From the sequence record DRR723986_817: a DNA stretch of 59,866 bases; one strand, given 5' to 3'. How positions within the stretch are numbered: the stretch's first letter is position 1; the number at the start of each line of letters is the position of its first letter. The position numbers and the translations under genes were made by a program. Of this stretch, positions 18,867 through 28,593 are shown piece after piece. The notes beneath the pieces were generated by a model. It made no database searches. It saw only the letters and a program-made list of their open reading frames with translations, and was not told the DNA's origin.

Positions 18867-21116
18867 CTACAGTCGCTTTGCCACTTGGCCAATCAAGTAG
18901 AACATTTCAGCGGCAATTTGATCACGCCGTGCATCATAGGTTGATGCCTCTTGCGGTGATCCATCAGAAACTTTCGGATCCTTGTAGTGCAGGGCAACTC
19001 GCCCGATTGCGCCGCGTACCAAAGGACATTTTTCGTCAGCATCACTGCAACACATCATGGCGAAGAAGCCCTCGCTAGGATTGATCGGATCGTCATACTT
19101 CTTGGAAAACAACTCAATCGGAGCTGTGTTTTCTTCGAACTGAGCCAAGTACAGCGGATTCTTGGCGGTCGGCTTGTCGGTCGTGACGCTAAAGCCACCC
19201 CGACGCAACGATCTGACGATACGAGGATTGCATGCTGTTGCTTCCGTTCCTCCACTAACGCTAGTGATTTTGTTCTGCAAACCAAATTCTTGAGCCGCAA
19301 CGCTCGTCCATAGCTGTGCCAAGTGACTTCGGCGCGAGTTGTGCGTGCAGATAAAGTTTAACGCAATGCTACCGCGATCCTTCAGCGCGGCGGCGATTTT
19401 GGCGGCTGCTTTGCCGAGCAACTCACTTCGCTGGGGAGGCAACTCTGAAGCCGCAACTTTGTAGCGTCCAATGTTGTCGACAAGTCCTGGCAACCAAGCT
19501 GAAGATCGATCCAAATCAGATTTCATTACGCCTCCATCCTTCGCTTCGTTGTTCTTGTTGACTATTGCACTTGTAAATCGCACCTGCATTGGAGCACTTG
19601 AAGCTGCACTCTTTTTCTCTTGATCCCAAAGACGATGTGGGTCGTCTAGCCTCTGCATCTCAGAAAGCAACAACGCTTCCATTTCGGCTTGTTTGCTTGC
19701 ATATTCAGGGTGGCCAGCAAGATTCGTTTGGTTCGGCTTGGGTTTAGAACCGGCTAGAAATTGAACGCTTTCAAGCTGGTGAGCATCAAGGTACTCGTTT
19801 GGATTCTCTTTCAAATTAAACAGTTGCGTTTTGCGAACAGTTCCATCGAGACAATCATACTTGATAAGCTTCCAATCACCCTTTCGTACACATCGCATTC
19901 CGGGCTTGGTACCTCCGCAGTACACACCGAACAGCACATCACGAACCGTTTGCGTCGCTTGCGTCAATACAGGCTTAAAACTCTTGCCTTCATTGGTCTC
20001 TGGTGGGTTGATGCCAGCCAGGTCGCACAGTGTAGCAAGCGAATCGAGCAAGTAGACATTCCCCTCGGCTCGCGTGCCCGGCTTGATTCCAGGGCCTTTA
20101 ACGATCATCGGCACTCGCCATGTATGATCGTAGAGATTCTGCTTACCTTGCAATCCATGCCGCCCAATCGCCATCCCGTGGTCGGATGTGTACACGATGT
20201 AGGTGTTGTCGAGCTCACCGGTTGCTTCTAGCTTCTCAAGCACTCGGCCGATTTGGATGTCGATGTTTTCGCTACAGGCAAATTGACGACCAATCTCGTT
20301 TCGAATCGTCGCTTCATCACGGCGATGCCACACACCGCTAACAGCTACTTCATCACGTAACCCAGGTTGACCATGGTGAAATGGATGTGCGGGCAAGTAG
20401 TTTGTAGGTAGCGGTGGTTGCTTTGCATTGAGGGCGGGCGGTTTCGACTTGTCGGTGTGGTTCGTCGCACCATACTTGGCAAGCAACTCGGGAGTTCCAT
20501 CTCGGGTGTCGTGCGGATGGGAGAATCCAAAGTAGATCAAGAACGGCTTCTTGCTACCCGCCGCCTGACGCTCACCGAGATAATCGAGTACCTGTTCTGC
20601 ATGCCAAGCGGATCCCGTTTCCGCGGTGCCACCACGCTTCGATGCGTCACGTCTGACCTCGAATTGCTGATTCGCCAGCTCGTAGCTGTTGCCGCGCTTG
20701 CAGGTTCGCATGGTGTCGTAGCCAGCGCGATTAAACACGGCCGCCAAGGTCTGCTTTTCCAGGCCTTCGGGAACTAGCTTTGAATTCTGCGTGTTGGGGT
20801 TCTCTTTACGGCCGCGTTTATTTGGAATGTGCCAGACCGTCCTACCGCTCATCACCATGTGACGGGAAGCGGTACAGACCGCGCCGACCCACGATCCCAT
20901 CTGATAGGCATTCTCAACCACCATTCCTTCCCTGGCTAGCTTCTCGATGTTGGGCGCATCGAGCTGGCTGTTTGGGTCATAGGGCTTTAGATCGAAGGGC
21001 GACTGGTCATCAACGATGATGAATAGAATATTCGGTTGTTCGGCTGCTTTGGCAGTGGGCATTAAGGCAGCTAGTAATAAGACGACCGCCGTTAACAGTA
21101 GAGATAAGTTTCGCAT
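18867..21116 (-). CDS. Exported formylglycine-dependent sulfatase fused to an ArsC/LMW-PTP-family domain
   Basis: Signal peptide; PNILFIIVDD, CTASR, SDHG and GKQNLYD; C-terminal FICTHNSRRS, CSDADEKCP and YKDPK. Confidence 0.88.
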   Translation of the reverse strand: MRNLSLLLTAVVLLLAALMPTAKAAEQPNILFIIVDDQSPFDLKPYDPNSQLDAPNIEKLAREGMVVENAYQMGSWVGAVCTASRHMVMSGRTVWHIPNKRGRKENPNTQNSKLVPEGLEKQTLAAVFNRAGYDTMRTCKRGNSYELANQQFEVRRDASKRGGTAETGSAWHAEQVLDYLGERQAAGSKKPFLIYFGFSHPHDTRDGTPELLAKYGATNHTDKSKPPALNAKQPPLPTNYLPAHPFHHGQPGLRDEVAVSGVWHRRDEATIRNEIGRQFACSENIDIQIGRVLEKLEATGELDNTYIVYTSDHGMAIGRHGLQGKQNLYDHTWRVPMIVKGPGIKPGTRAEGNVYLLDSLATLCDLAGINPPETNEGKSFKPVLTQATQTVRDVLFGVYCGGTKPGMRCVRKGDWKLIKYDCLDGTVRKTQLFNLKENPNEYLDAHQLESVQFLAGSKPKPNQTNLAGHPEYASKQAEMEALLLSEMQRLDDPHRLWDQEKKSAASSAPMQVRFTSAIVNKNNEAKDGGVMKSDLDRSSAWLPGLVDNIGRYKVAASELPPQRSELLGKAAAKIAAALKDRGSIALNFICTHNSRRSHLAQLWTSVAAQEFGLQNKITSVSGGTEATACNPRIVRSLRRGGFSVTTDKPTAKNPLYLAQFEENTAPIELFSKKYDDPINPSEGFFAMMCCSDADEKCPLVRGAIGRVALHYKDPKVSDGSPQEASTYDARRDQIAAEMFYLIGQVAKRL

Positions 21117-21191
21117 GATGGTGCTCCTTTGAATTGGGTGCCCAGTCTAGCCGAAAGTCTCACCGAATGCTGGCTTGCTACGCAGCGAAAT

Positions 21192-22124
21192 CTATTTCTT
21201 GGCTACCAGCGATACACCTCCAATTGCAAGCAACATGCCAGCAAAGTGCTTCCACGAAGTTGGTTCCTCGAGCCACATAACAGCGAGGAGCATTGTCAGC
21301 ACTGGCCCCACCGAGCCGATGACCGTGGTGCGCGTGGCTCCAATCTTCAGAATCGCCGCGTTGATCATGTAGCTTGGCAGCACGGTACAGACCAGCCCTA
21401 GCAGCACTGCGTAAACAAAGACGATAGGCCGGAGCGACGCAAGCTCCGTAACGGATCCAATGACAGCGAAGTGTACGCCGACAAAAAAGGTGGACCCCAT
21501 CATGGCCAGGCTAGTGAAGTAGGTACTACCAACCTTCGTCATGATCGGCTTTGCCAAAACCACATACACCGAGTAGCTGAGTGCCGCCCCAATCACCAAG
21601 CAAACGCCCAAGGCTGTATTTTCTGTCGACTCAAATTGCGTTTCACCAGAGTACATCAGAGCAACGCCGGAGTAGCACAGCACGATGGCCAGGCCGATCT
21701 TCCAGTTAATCACCTCCCCGAGAAAAGCCCATGCCAAGACGGCAATAAGGGCCGGGTAGGTAAACAGGGTGAGTCGCTCAAGTTGAGCTGAAATGAATGC
21801 CAAGCCCTGTAGATCCAAGTACGAGGCGAGGTAGTACCCAAGAAATCCAAGACCAACACACTGCAACTTGATACTGCGCGGCGGTTGGCTGCCTTGGCGC
21901 GTTTTCTGCAAGCGGTTCCAGACGATGACATAGAAGGGCAGGGCGCAGACCATCCGAAGCGCTAGTAGCTGGAGTGGATCAGCACCAGCAAGAAAGGACA
22001 GCTTGATGAAGATAGACTTCAGCGCAAACAGGAACGTGCCCGCGATCGCAAGCGTGATCCCTAACGCCCAAGCCCCTTCGCCGCTATCGCGTGTCTCGGA
22101 ATCATCAGTTTGTTCATCCGGCAC
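21192..22124 (-). CDS. DMT/EamA family transporter
   Basis: About 10 TM helices in two repeats; GFLGYYLASYLDLQGL..ISAQLERLTLFTYP. Confidence 0.88.
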   Translation of the reverse strand: MPDEQTDDSETRDSGEGAWALGITLAIAGTFLFALKSIFIKLSFLAGADPLQLLALRMVCALPFYVIVWNRLQKTRQGSQPPRSIKLQCVGLGFLGYYLASYLDLQGLAFISAQLERLTLFTYPALIAVLAWAFLGEVINWKIGLAIVLCYSGVALMYSGETQFESTENTALGVCLVIGAALSYSVYVVLAKPIMTKVGSTYFTSLAMMGSTFFVGVHFAVIGSVTELASLRPIVFVYAVLLGLVCTVLPSYMINAAILKIGATRTTVIGSVGPVLTMLLAVMWLEEPTSWKHFAGMLLAIGGVSLVAKK

Positions 22125-22241
22125 GGCTGTTTTCTTGATAGTAAGTTACGGCGAAACTCTGTCGCCAGCATACTGGCACACGAGCTAGACAGCGCAGCAG
22201 GGCGAATTAGTTCACCGTTTTTTGGCTTCCAGCCCTTGTTT

Positions 22242-23618
22242 TCACTGACTAAGTTGATGCCAGAGGTGGGCCGAGGCTCGGATCCCACGATAGAAATCCT
22301 CGATATTGAATTTCTCATTGGGACTATGCATCCCATCATCCTCTAATCCCCACCCGAGCAGTAAGCAGTCAGCATCCAGCAGGTCGACCATGTCGGCAAC
22401 GATTGGAATCGAGCCTCCTTCGCGAATTAGCACCGGTGGATTTCCAAAAGCCGCTTCGACAGCCTTGCTCGCCGCGGCAACGAATGGACTGTGAGGATCA
22501 ACGACAACGCCGGGACCGCCATGCAAGTCAATCAACTCGGTCTCGATTCCAACTGGCGTATTGTCCTTAACGTACTCCTCAACCTGAGCCTTGACTTCGG
22601 CGGGGGTTTGATTGGGAACCAAACGGAAACTGAATTTTGCTGCCGCGTGGGCAGGAACAATTGTCTTGCTACCTTCTCCCTGATAGCCGCTCCACAAACC
22701 GTGCACGTCGAAAGTCGGCCGGGCCCAGCGTCGCTCCAGAGTCGAATAGCCAGCCTCTCCAGTTAGACCGTTGACGCCCAAGCCTGACATAAACGCTTTT
22801 TCGTCAAAATCGAGGTTCGCCCATGCCTCGCGTTCAATCTTCTCCAAGGGTTTAACACTGTCGTAGAACCCTGGAATCTGAATTCGTCCCTCATCGTTGA
22901 TCATGCCAGCTAAGAACTTTGCAAGTGCGTTCGCTGGATTGTTCACCGCACCGCCAAAGCTACCTGAATGCAAGTCTTGCTTTGGGCCACGGAAGTGCAA
23001 TTCAAAATATGCGATCCCACGCAGGCCGTAGGTGATGGCTGGTTGCCCCTTGGAATATTGACCGGAGTCACTAATCACGATCACATCACAGGCCAACTTC
23101 TCCTTTGCTTCAGGCTTAGCTAGGTAGGCGGCGATTTGCTCGCTTCCCATCTCCTCTTCGCCTTCGATCATGAACTTGACTTGCATCGGCAGCGAACCGA
23201 TGGCTTTCGCCCATGCTGCCACGCTCTCGACGTGAGTCAGCATTTGCCCTTTATCATCGGTTGCACCCCGAGCATAAAGATTCCCGTTACGCTCGGTAGG
23301 CTCAAACGGAGGTGTCTCCCACAACTCAAGCGGCTCAGGTGGCTGGACATCATAGTGGCCGTAAACCAATGCGACTGGCTTGCCCGGAACTGGTGCAGAT
23401 TCGGCGTACACCAATGGAGGCCCATCGGTTTCGATCAACTCGGTGGTCAAACCGGCTGCCTTCAAAGCTTCGGCCACACTGGCTGCCGCCTTGGCGACAT
23501 CGTCAGCATAAGCTGGGTCAGCACTAACGCTTGGGATACGCAGTAGTGATTTGAGAGTCTCGAGACTCTGTGGGCGACTCTCCTGAAGGTGACGATCAAT
23601 TGCTTGCAAATCGCTCAT
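22242..23618 (-). CDS. M20 family dipeptidase
   Basis: YGHYDVQP, ARGATDDKG, EGEEEMGS, DLHSG and HSPNEK. Confidence 0.92.
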   Translation of the reverse strand: MSDLQAIDRHLQESRPQSLETLKSLLRIPSVSADPAYADDVAKAAASVAEALKAAGLTTELIETDGPPLVYAESAPVPGKPVALVYGHYDVQPPEPLELWETPPFEPTERNGNLYARGATDDKGQMLTHVESVAAWAKAIGSLPMQVKFMIEGEEEMGSEQIAAYLAKPEAKEKLACDVIVISDSGQYSKGQPAITYGLRGIAYFELHFRGPKQDLHSGSFGGAVNNPANALAKFLAGMINDEGRIQIPGFYDSVKPLEKIEREAWANLDFDEKAFMSGLGVNGLTGEAGYSTLERRWARPTFDVHGLWSGYQGEGSKTIVPAHAAAKFSFRLVPNQTPAEVKAQVEEYVKDNTPVGIETELIDLHGGPGVVVDPHSPFVAAASKAVEAAFGNPPVLIREGGSIPIVADMVDLLDADCLLLGWGLEDDGMHSPNEKFNIEDFYRGIRASAHLWHQLSQ

Positions 23619-23677
23619 AATGGCCGTTTATGCTGAATTTCGGGACTGAATTACTTGAAACACTCCCCCTGGACGGG

Positions 23678-23700
23678 GTTACAATAGGAGGCGTTGTAAC
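23678..23700. promoter_or_regulatory. Palindrome GTTACAA-N9-TTGTAAC, candidate operator
   Basis: Perfect 7-bp inverted repeat in the divergent dipeptidase/clpS intergenic region. Confidence 0.4.
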
Positions 23701-23751
23701 AATATAAGCGTTTCTGCCAAATCCGCAGGCCCTTTGCTGAATGTGCCCATG

Positions 23752-23782
23752 CAGGGCTCACTTCAGCCAGGGCTCACTACAG
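23752..23782. repeat. Tandem direct repeat CAGGGCTCACTWCAG x2 (16-bp period)
   Basis: Copies start at 23752 and 23768 and are 14/15 identical. Confidence 0.6.
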
Positions 23783-23860
23783 TTTGCCAAGTGGAATGGC
23801 CCAGCGGGCTTTCGCGTGGAACGACGCTTCTAGGATGAGTAGTTTGAGGGATTGGGATCG

Positions 23861-24208
23861 ATGATAAAGTCAGCTAGTGCGGTCGCGGAACCTGAAGTAG
23901 AAGAACAAGTCGCTGCACACACAGACAAGAAACCGAAGAAACAACCTCGGTACAACGTTGTTCTCTGGGATGACCCGAATCACACCTTCGAATATGTGAT
24001 TCGAATGGTTCAGGAACTGTTCCGCCACGACCTAGGGCGAGCCAAGGAAATGGCAATCGAAGTGGATTCCAGCGGTCGAGTCATTTGTTTGACCACAACG
24101 CTCGAGCATGCCGAACTGAAGCGAGATCAGATTCGCGCTTACGGACGCGACCCTTGGGCGACGAAGTCAACTGGCAGCATGAGTGCCACGATCGAACCGG
24201 CTCGCTAG
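23861..24208 (+). CDS. clpS: ATP-dependent Clp protease adaptor ClpS
   Basis: PRYNVVLWDDPNHTFEYVIRMVQELF, EVDSSGRVIC, EHAELK and C-terminal ATIEPA. Confidence 0.9.
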   Translation: MIKSASAVAEPEVEEQVAAHTDKKPKKQPRYNVVLWDDPNHTFEYVIRMVQELFRHDLGRAKEMAIEVDSSGRVICLTTTLEHAELKRDQIRAYGRDPWATKSTGSMSATIEPAR

Positions 24209-24536
24209 AGAGAACATCCGGATTAGTCGGTGCCGCGGGTCTTAGGCATCGCCCAGTGAGCCGCGACGCGTCAGCGGCCGGGCTTCTGCGTGTACAGAAG
24301 GGACCGGCAAAGCCACAGAAAAGGGCGATGCAGTGCACAGGCTTCTCGTTGGTTCTGTACAGTTTCGCATGAGTAAATAGACGCAACAAGCAGCATTGCC
24401 GTGGTTCACGGTGGAGACCACCGTGCTACGATCGAACGCCCCCGGCTTTCTCTGTGCCCCCATGCCTTTGTGAGAGATTTTCTCGCATTGCGTTTGCTGC
24501 GGACGCTCGCTAGAACAGGCCAACTTTCGAAGCTGG

Positions 24537-25598
24537 CTAGGACATTTTGAGACAGAGCTCTTCAACCGCAAATACCGCCCGGGTTGGAGACGAATGGGTA
24601 CCCTTGATCTTCAAATCAAGCTCAAGCAACCACGTTAGGAGTTTACTCGCTCGGCGCAACCCCATGCGCCGGAGGCGTTTCTCGGCCAGTTGCACATCCT
24701 TGCCCCAAAAACCACTCTTGCCAATCGCCGCTTGTGCATTGGTGGGACGGCCAAGGCGTTTGGATTGAAGAATCAGATTGGCCGCTGTTGCGTAGCGGCG
24801 CAGGCTCCAGGAAATCTGCGGCACGACCGCAGCCGGCACTTCGCCGGCGGCAAACACCTTCTGCAACTGCTCCAGTGCATCAGCGGCCCTTCCTTCGGCC
24901 ACTGCGTCGGCGATGTCCCACATGGTTCTTGTTCGCCAGGAACCAACGTGCTGGGTGATGGTTTCGTCGGATATCTTGCCCGAGGCTTCGGCGTACAGAC
25001 ACAGCTTCGCCAACTCTTGATGAATCAGCCCACAATCCATGCCAACCGCATCAACGATCGTGGTGGCTTGCGTCGCCGTGAGCTTTAGCTCGTGCTCGCG
25101 TTCTGCCCAAGTCCGTAGCCAGCGTTTCAGCTCACCGACGCTCGGCGTTTTCGACCTTGGCGAACTGGTTGGCAACCCGCAGTTAATCAACCAGCCTTTC
25201 GAGTTCAGCGACTTGTATAGTTTTGTATTGCTGGCCAGAGTTTGAATCTCTAAGATCAAGCAACTCGACGCAGCCGAAGCGCCACACCATTTCTCAAGTG
25301 CATCTCTGCTGGATTTGACCAGGCTGTCCGCCACCTTGACGATAGCGATGCGCATGGCATCCGTCTCGAACAAGGACATGGTTGCGAGTTCATCGTGCAC
25401 ATCGATCCATGCGCACTCCTCACCATCGAAATACTTGACGTCGTCTGCATCAAGATCGTTGAGCTTCAATATCTTGCTGACAGTTTCCCGTCGCAGGAAG
25501 CCATCGCCGCCAATCGCCCCAATGACTCCCGGCAGAGCACTGCCGTCACACTTGGGGAGCTTTTCGTCGAGCAGAATGTCAAAGCAGTGCGTGGCCAT
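24537..25598 (-). CDS. holA: DNA polymerase III delta subunit
   Basis: GGDGFLR, ELATMSLF, QELAKLCLY, WDIADAVAEG and LLELDLKIKG. Confidence 0.85.
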   Translation of the reverse strand: MATHCFDILLDEKLPKCDGSALPGVIGAIGGDGFLRRETVSKILKLNDLDADDVKYFDGEECAWIDVHDELATMSLFETDAMRIAIVKVADSLVKSSRDALEKWCGASAASSCLILEIQTLASNTKLYKSLNSKGWLINCGLPTSSPRSKTPSVGELKRWLRTWAEREHELKLTATQATTIVDAVGMDCGLIHQELAKLCLYAEASGKISDETITQHVGSWRTRTMWDIADAVAEGRAADALEQLQKVFAAGEVPAAVVPQISWSLRRYATAANLILQSKRLGRPTNAQAAIGKSGFWGKDVQLAEKRLRRMGLRRASKLLTWLLELDLKIKGTHSSPTRAVFAVEELCLKMS

Positions 25599-25640
25599 GG
25601 GATGATGCCTGAGTTGTCGTTCCGTTCAGACGTGTGTTAG

Positions 25641-26894
25641 CTACTTACCAATGCGGTAAAGAGCCTTTTCGCTCCGAAGCAACAGGTCGTTCTCAAGAAC
25701 TGCGTAGGTCGCCAACGTTCGCTCGCCGAGGGAGTTCTTTTGCACAATCTCTGGTTTTTCACCGCTGAGATCGACAATTGAACAATCGCCAGTTTCACTC
25801 TGTAGATAAAGTTCGTTACCAACCAGCATGGGCGATGCAGAATAGTTGCCGCCGATGCGCAGCTTCCAAAGAACTTTCCCGGTCAACGAATCCAGGCAGC
25901 TCGCCACTCCCTTGTCACTCACCATGGCGACACTGCCGCCAAGAGAAATGAGCGACGGCGTGTGTGGGATGCCAATCTTCGCAGTCCACTTGAGATGCGA
26001 CTCAGTGACGTCGCCGCTGCCGGTGGGATCAATCGCAAGTAGCTTCGGCGTGTTGTAGCCGGTTGCCACAAAGACGAGCCCTGAATCAACGATCGGTCGC
26101 GGAATCACTGAATAGCCTTCGTACTGGACGCGCCAGTATTCTTTGCCCGTCGCTGGGGCGAGGCTTTGGACTACGTTTGATCCCGGCAGAATCAACTGCT
26201 TTCGGCCACCCAGCTCAGCGACTAATGGCGTGCAGAAAGAGAATTTGCGCGCGACTTCGACATCGCGAGCGGTTTCCCAGGCAACCTTGCCGGTCGTTTT
26301 ATCCAGAGCGGTCACGACCGCTGTTCCGGCACCATCGCGAGAGAAAATCAGCAGATCATCGACAAGCGCCGGGGAACCACCATTTCCGTGCACAGGACTG
26401 TAAGAAAGCGTGTCATTCTTCCAAATCACCTGACCATCTAGGTCGAAGCAAGCGGTTCCTTGATGCCCGAAATGAACATACACGCGCCCGTCTTCAAGGA
26501 TCGCGGTTGGGCTAGCGTGTGAATTTTTCTTGTGAATTCGCGGCGCGTCTGCGGGCTGCACAAACACTTTCACGGTCTTCAACAGACTGCCATCGTCGGC
26601 ATTCAAGATTAGCAGACACAGGTCGTATGCCGCCTTGCCATCTTCATCAGACTGCACCTGTGCGACGGCAGCGGTAAGGTAGATTCGGTCACCGGCCACA
26701 ACGGGACTCGACCACCCCTGACCAGGCAACTCCGTTCGCCACTTTACATTCTCGGTAGCAGACCAAACGCGTGGAGCAGACTGATCTCGCAGAATGCCGT
26801 CGCGCTGTGGCCCACGAAACGCTGGCCAATCTTCCGCAACAGCGACGCCGGAAATAATGCACAGCAAAACGAAGGTGAAGGAGCTGAATTTCAT
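25641..26894 (-). CDS. Exported PQQ-like beta-propeller repeat protein
   Basis: Signal peptide; EDWPAFRGP, WRTELPGQGWSSPVV and repeated G..W and SP motifs. Confidence 0.88.
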   Translation of the reverse strand: MKFSSFTFVLLCIISGVAVAEDWPAFRGPQRDGILRDQSAPRVWSATENVKWRTELPGQGWSSPVVAGDRIYLTAAVAQVQSDEDGKAAYDLCLLILNADDGSLLKTVKVFVQPADAPRIHKKNSHASPTAILEDGRVYVHFGHQGTACFDLDGQVIWKNDTLSYSPVHGNGGSPALVDDLLIFSRDGAGTAVVTALDKTTGKVAWETARDVEVARKFSFCTPLVAELGGRKQLILPGSNVVQSLAPATGKEYWRVQYEGYSVIPRPIVDSGLVFVATGYNTPKLLAIDPTGSGDVTESHLKWTAKIGIPHTPSLISLGGSVAMVSDKGVASCLDSLTGKVLWKLRIGGNYSASPMLVGNELYLQSETGDCSIVDLSGEKPEIVQKNSLGERTLATYAVLENDLLLRSEKALYRIGK

Positions 26895-26948
26895 TTGATT
26901 CTCTTCTGCAAAAACAGACTAACTACGATCCGCCTTCGACTGTAACAA

Positions 26949-28238
26949 CTAACTTGCGTTAACCTCTAATCGCGACTTCCCGACATAGGGCTGAAGCGCT
27001 ACCGGAACTTTGATCGACCCGTCAGGTTGCTGGTGATTTTCTAGCAGTGCAATTATGGCGCGGCTAATCGCGATGGCCGTACCGTTGAGCGTGTGAACGA
27101 AGTGCGTCCCCTTTTCGCCCTTTTTCTTGTAACGAATGTTCAGCCGTCGCGCTTGGTAATCAGTGCAGTTGGATGTACTCGTCACTTCGCCCCACTCACC
27201 AGCTTCGCCGCGGCCCGGCATCCAAGCTTCAAGGTCATACTTGCGATAAGCGGGACCACCGAGGTCACCCGTAGCGGTATCCACGACTCGATAGGGAACC
27301 TCAAGTGCATCGAAAAGTTCGCACTCAATATCGCGTAGCTCCTCGTGCAGAGCCGAGCTTTGATCGGGAAGCGTAAACGCAAACATTTCGATCTTCGTAA
27401 ACTGGTGAACGCGGTAAAGCCCCTTTGACGCTCGACCTGCCGCACCTGCTTCAGTACGGAAGCAGTGGCTAATGCCCACCATTTTCAAAGGCAGTTCGTC
27501 ATGATCAAGAACTTGCCCGCTGAGCATTCCGCCGAGGGTGATTTCGGCCGTCGCGACCAAATTCAAGTCCGTGTTTTCGATCGAGTAGATCTGAGTCTCA
27601 GGACCGCGCGGCATGAATCCGATGCCGTGCAGAATCTCCGTATGTGCGACATCAGGCGTGGTTACCGGCACAAACCCCTTGTCAACCAGCATCCGTACGG
27701 CAAACTGCTGCAGGGCTAGATCAAGCAGCACTGCATCGTTCTTCAGAAAATAGAATCCGGCCCCCGCCACTCTAGCACCCGATTCGAAGTCGATCATGTC
27801 GTGTTCGCGGCCAAGATCCAAGTGATCTTTGATCGGCCCCGACAGCTCTGGAACGGGGGTTTTGCCGCGAGACAATTCCAGATTGGATTTGTCGTCAGCT
27901 CCGACGGGAACATCTGGGTGAGTTAAGTTGGGAATGTGCGATTGCAGCTCGGCCACTTCGGCATCGATCCGATCATGCTCGACCTGTGCGGCGTCTTTCT
28001 GTTCGCGAAGGCTTCTTCCCTTTTCTTTAAGCTCTTCACGCTCCTCGGCCGAACCAGCTTTGCCTATTTTCTTGCTGGTCTCATTGGCCAAGCGGTTGAG
28101 CTCCTGGGCCTCGTTCATTTTGTCTCGTCGCTGGGCTTCGAGCTCAACTAAGCGATCGACATCAACGCTTGCTCCACGCAATTCGCAGTTTTTCTTGACG
28201 TCTTCCTTGTTCTCAACAATGAATTTGCGGTCCAGCAT
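26949..28238 (-). CDS. serS: Serine--tRNA ligase
   Basis: MLDRKFI start, N-terminal coiled coil, ATAEITL, CFRTEAG, GLYRVHQFTKIE, SNCTDYQARRL and HTLNGT. Confidence 0.97.
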   Translation of the reverse strand: MLDRKFIVENKEDVKKNCELRGASVDVDRLVELEAQRRDKMNEAQELNRLANETSKKIGKAGSAEEREELKEKGRSLREQKDAAQVEHDRIDAEVAELQSHIPNLTHPDVPVGADDKSNLELSRGKTPVPELSGPIKDHLDLGREHDMIDFESGARVAGAGFYFLKNDAVLLDLALQQFAVRMLVDKGFVPVTTPDVAHTEILHGIGFMPRGPETQIYSIENTDLNLVATAEITLGGMLSGQVLDHDELPLKMVGISHCFRTEAGAAGRASKGLYRVHQFTKIEMFAFTLPDQSSALHEELRDIECELFDALEVPYRVVDTATGDLGGPAYRKYDLEAWMPGRGEAGEWGEVTSTSNCTDYQARRLNIRYKKKGEKGTHFVHTLNGTAIAISRAIIALLENHQQPDGSIKVPVALQPYVGKSRLEVNAS

Positions 28239-28520
28239 GGCTCTTGGCGACCCTTGGTTGATGCAGCTAGGCCTAGTTCCAGGCGGGAATCCAGGCGTTC
28301 AAATGCGGCAGATTACTGCCTTCGCCAGAATTTTAGTCCACCGTCGCCTTTTTAAGTAGAAGGCATGCTTCGCCCGCGATCATCGCTTTCTTCAATTCAG
28401 AATTCGGCGGCCAGCGGTCCACTCCACCGAGATCGAAAGTACAGGGGTAAATAGGGTGCTGGGCTTAAAAAGGTACAGGGTTTAGTAAGGTAATGGGTTT
28501 ATTGATGAATGCTGGCTTCG

Positions 28521-28566
28521 GAAAACAAGACGTACTTTGGCAACCCGTCGTGGGCCGCCAAGTACG
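28521..28566 (-). terminator. Putative intrinsic terminator after the haloperoxidase gene
   Basis: Imperfect stem CGTACTTTGGC...GCCAAGTACG (28531-28566) followed on the minus strand by TCTTGTTTTC. Confidence 0.5.
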
Positions 28567-28593
28567 GTTTACACCTGCCGGGCAGAATGCTCG

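Noticed and set aside
23678-23700. CIRCE (HrcA operator)
   Set aside because: The 9-bp spacer matches but the arms differ from TTAGCACTC/GAGTGCTAA.
24225-24320. Fragments resembling a c-di-GMP-I riboswitch (GCCGCGGGTCTTAGG; GCAAAGCCACAG)
   Set aside because: The pieces are in the wrong order, there is no GAAA-capped P1-side hairpin, and no same-strand gene lies downstream.
24408-24443. Minus-strand GGGGGCG...CTCCACC resembling tmRNA or tRNA ends
   Set aside because: Only about 35 nt long, with no T-arm or cloverleaf and no tag reading frame.
28239-28520. T-box riboswitch upstream of serS
   Set aside because: I found no T-box consensus or specifier stem on the minus strand.
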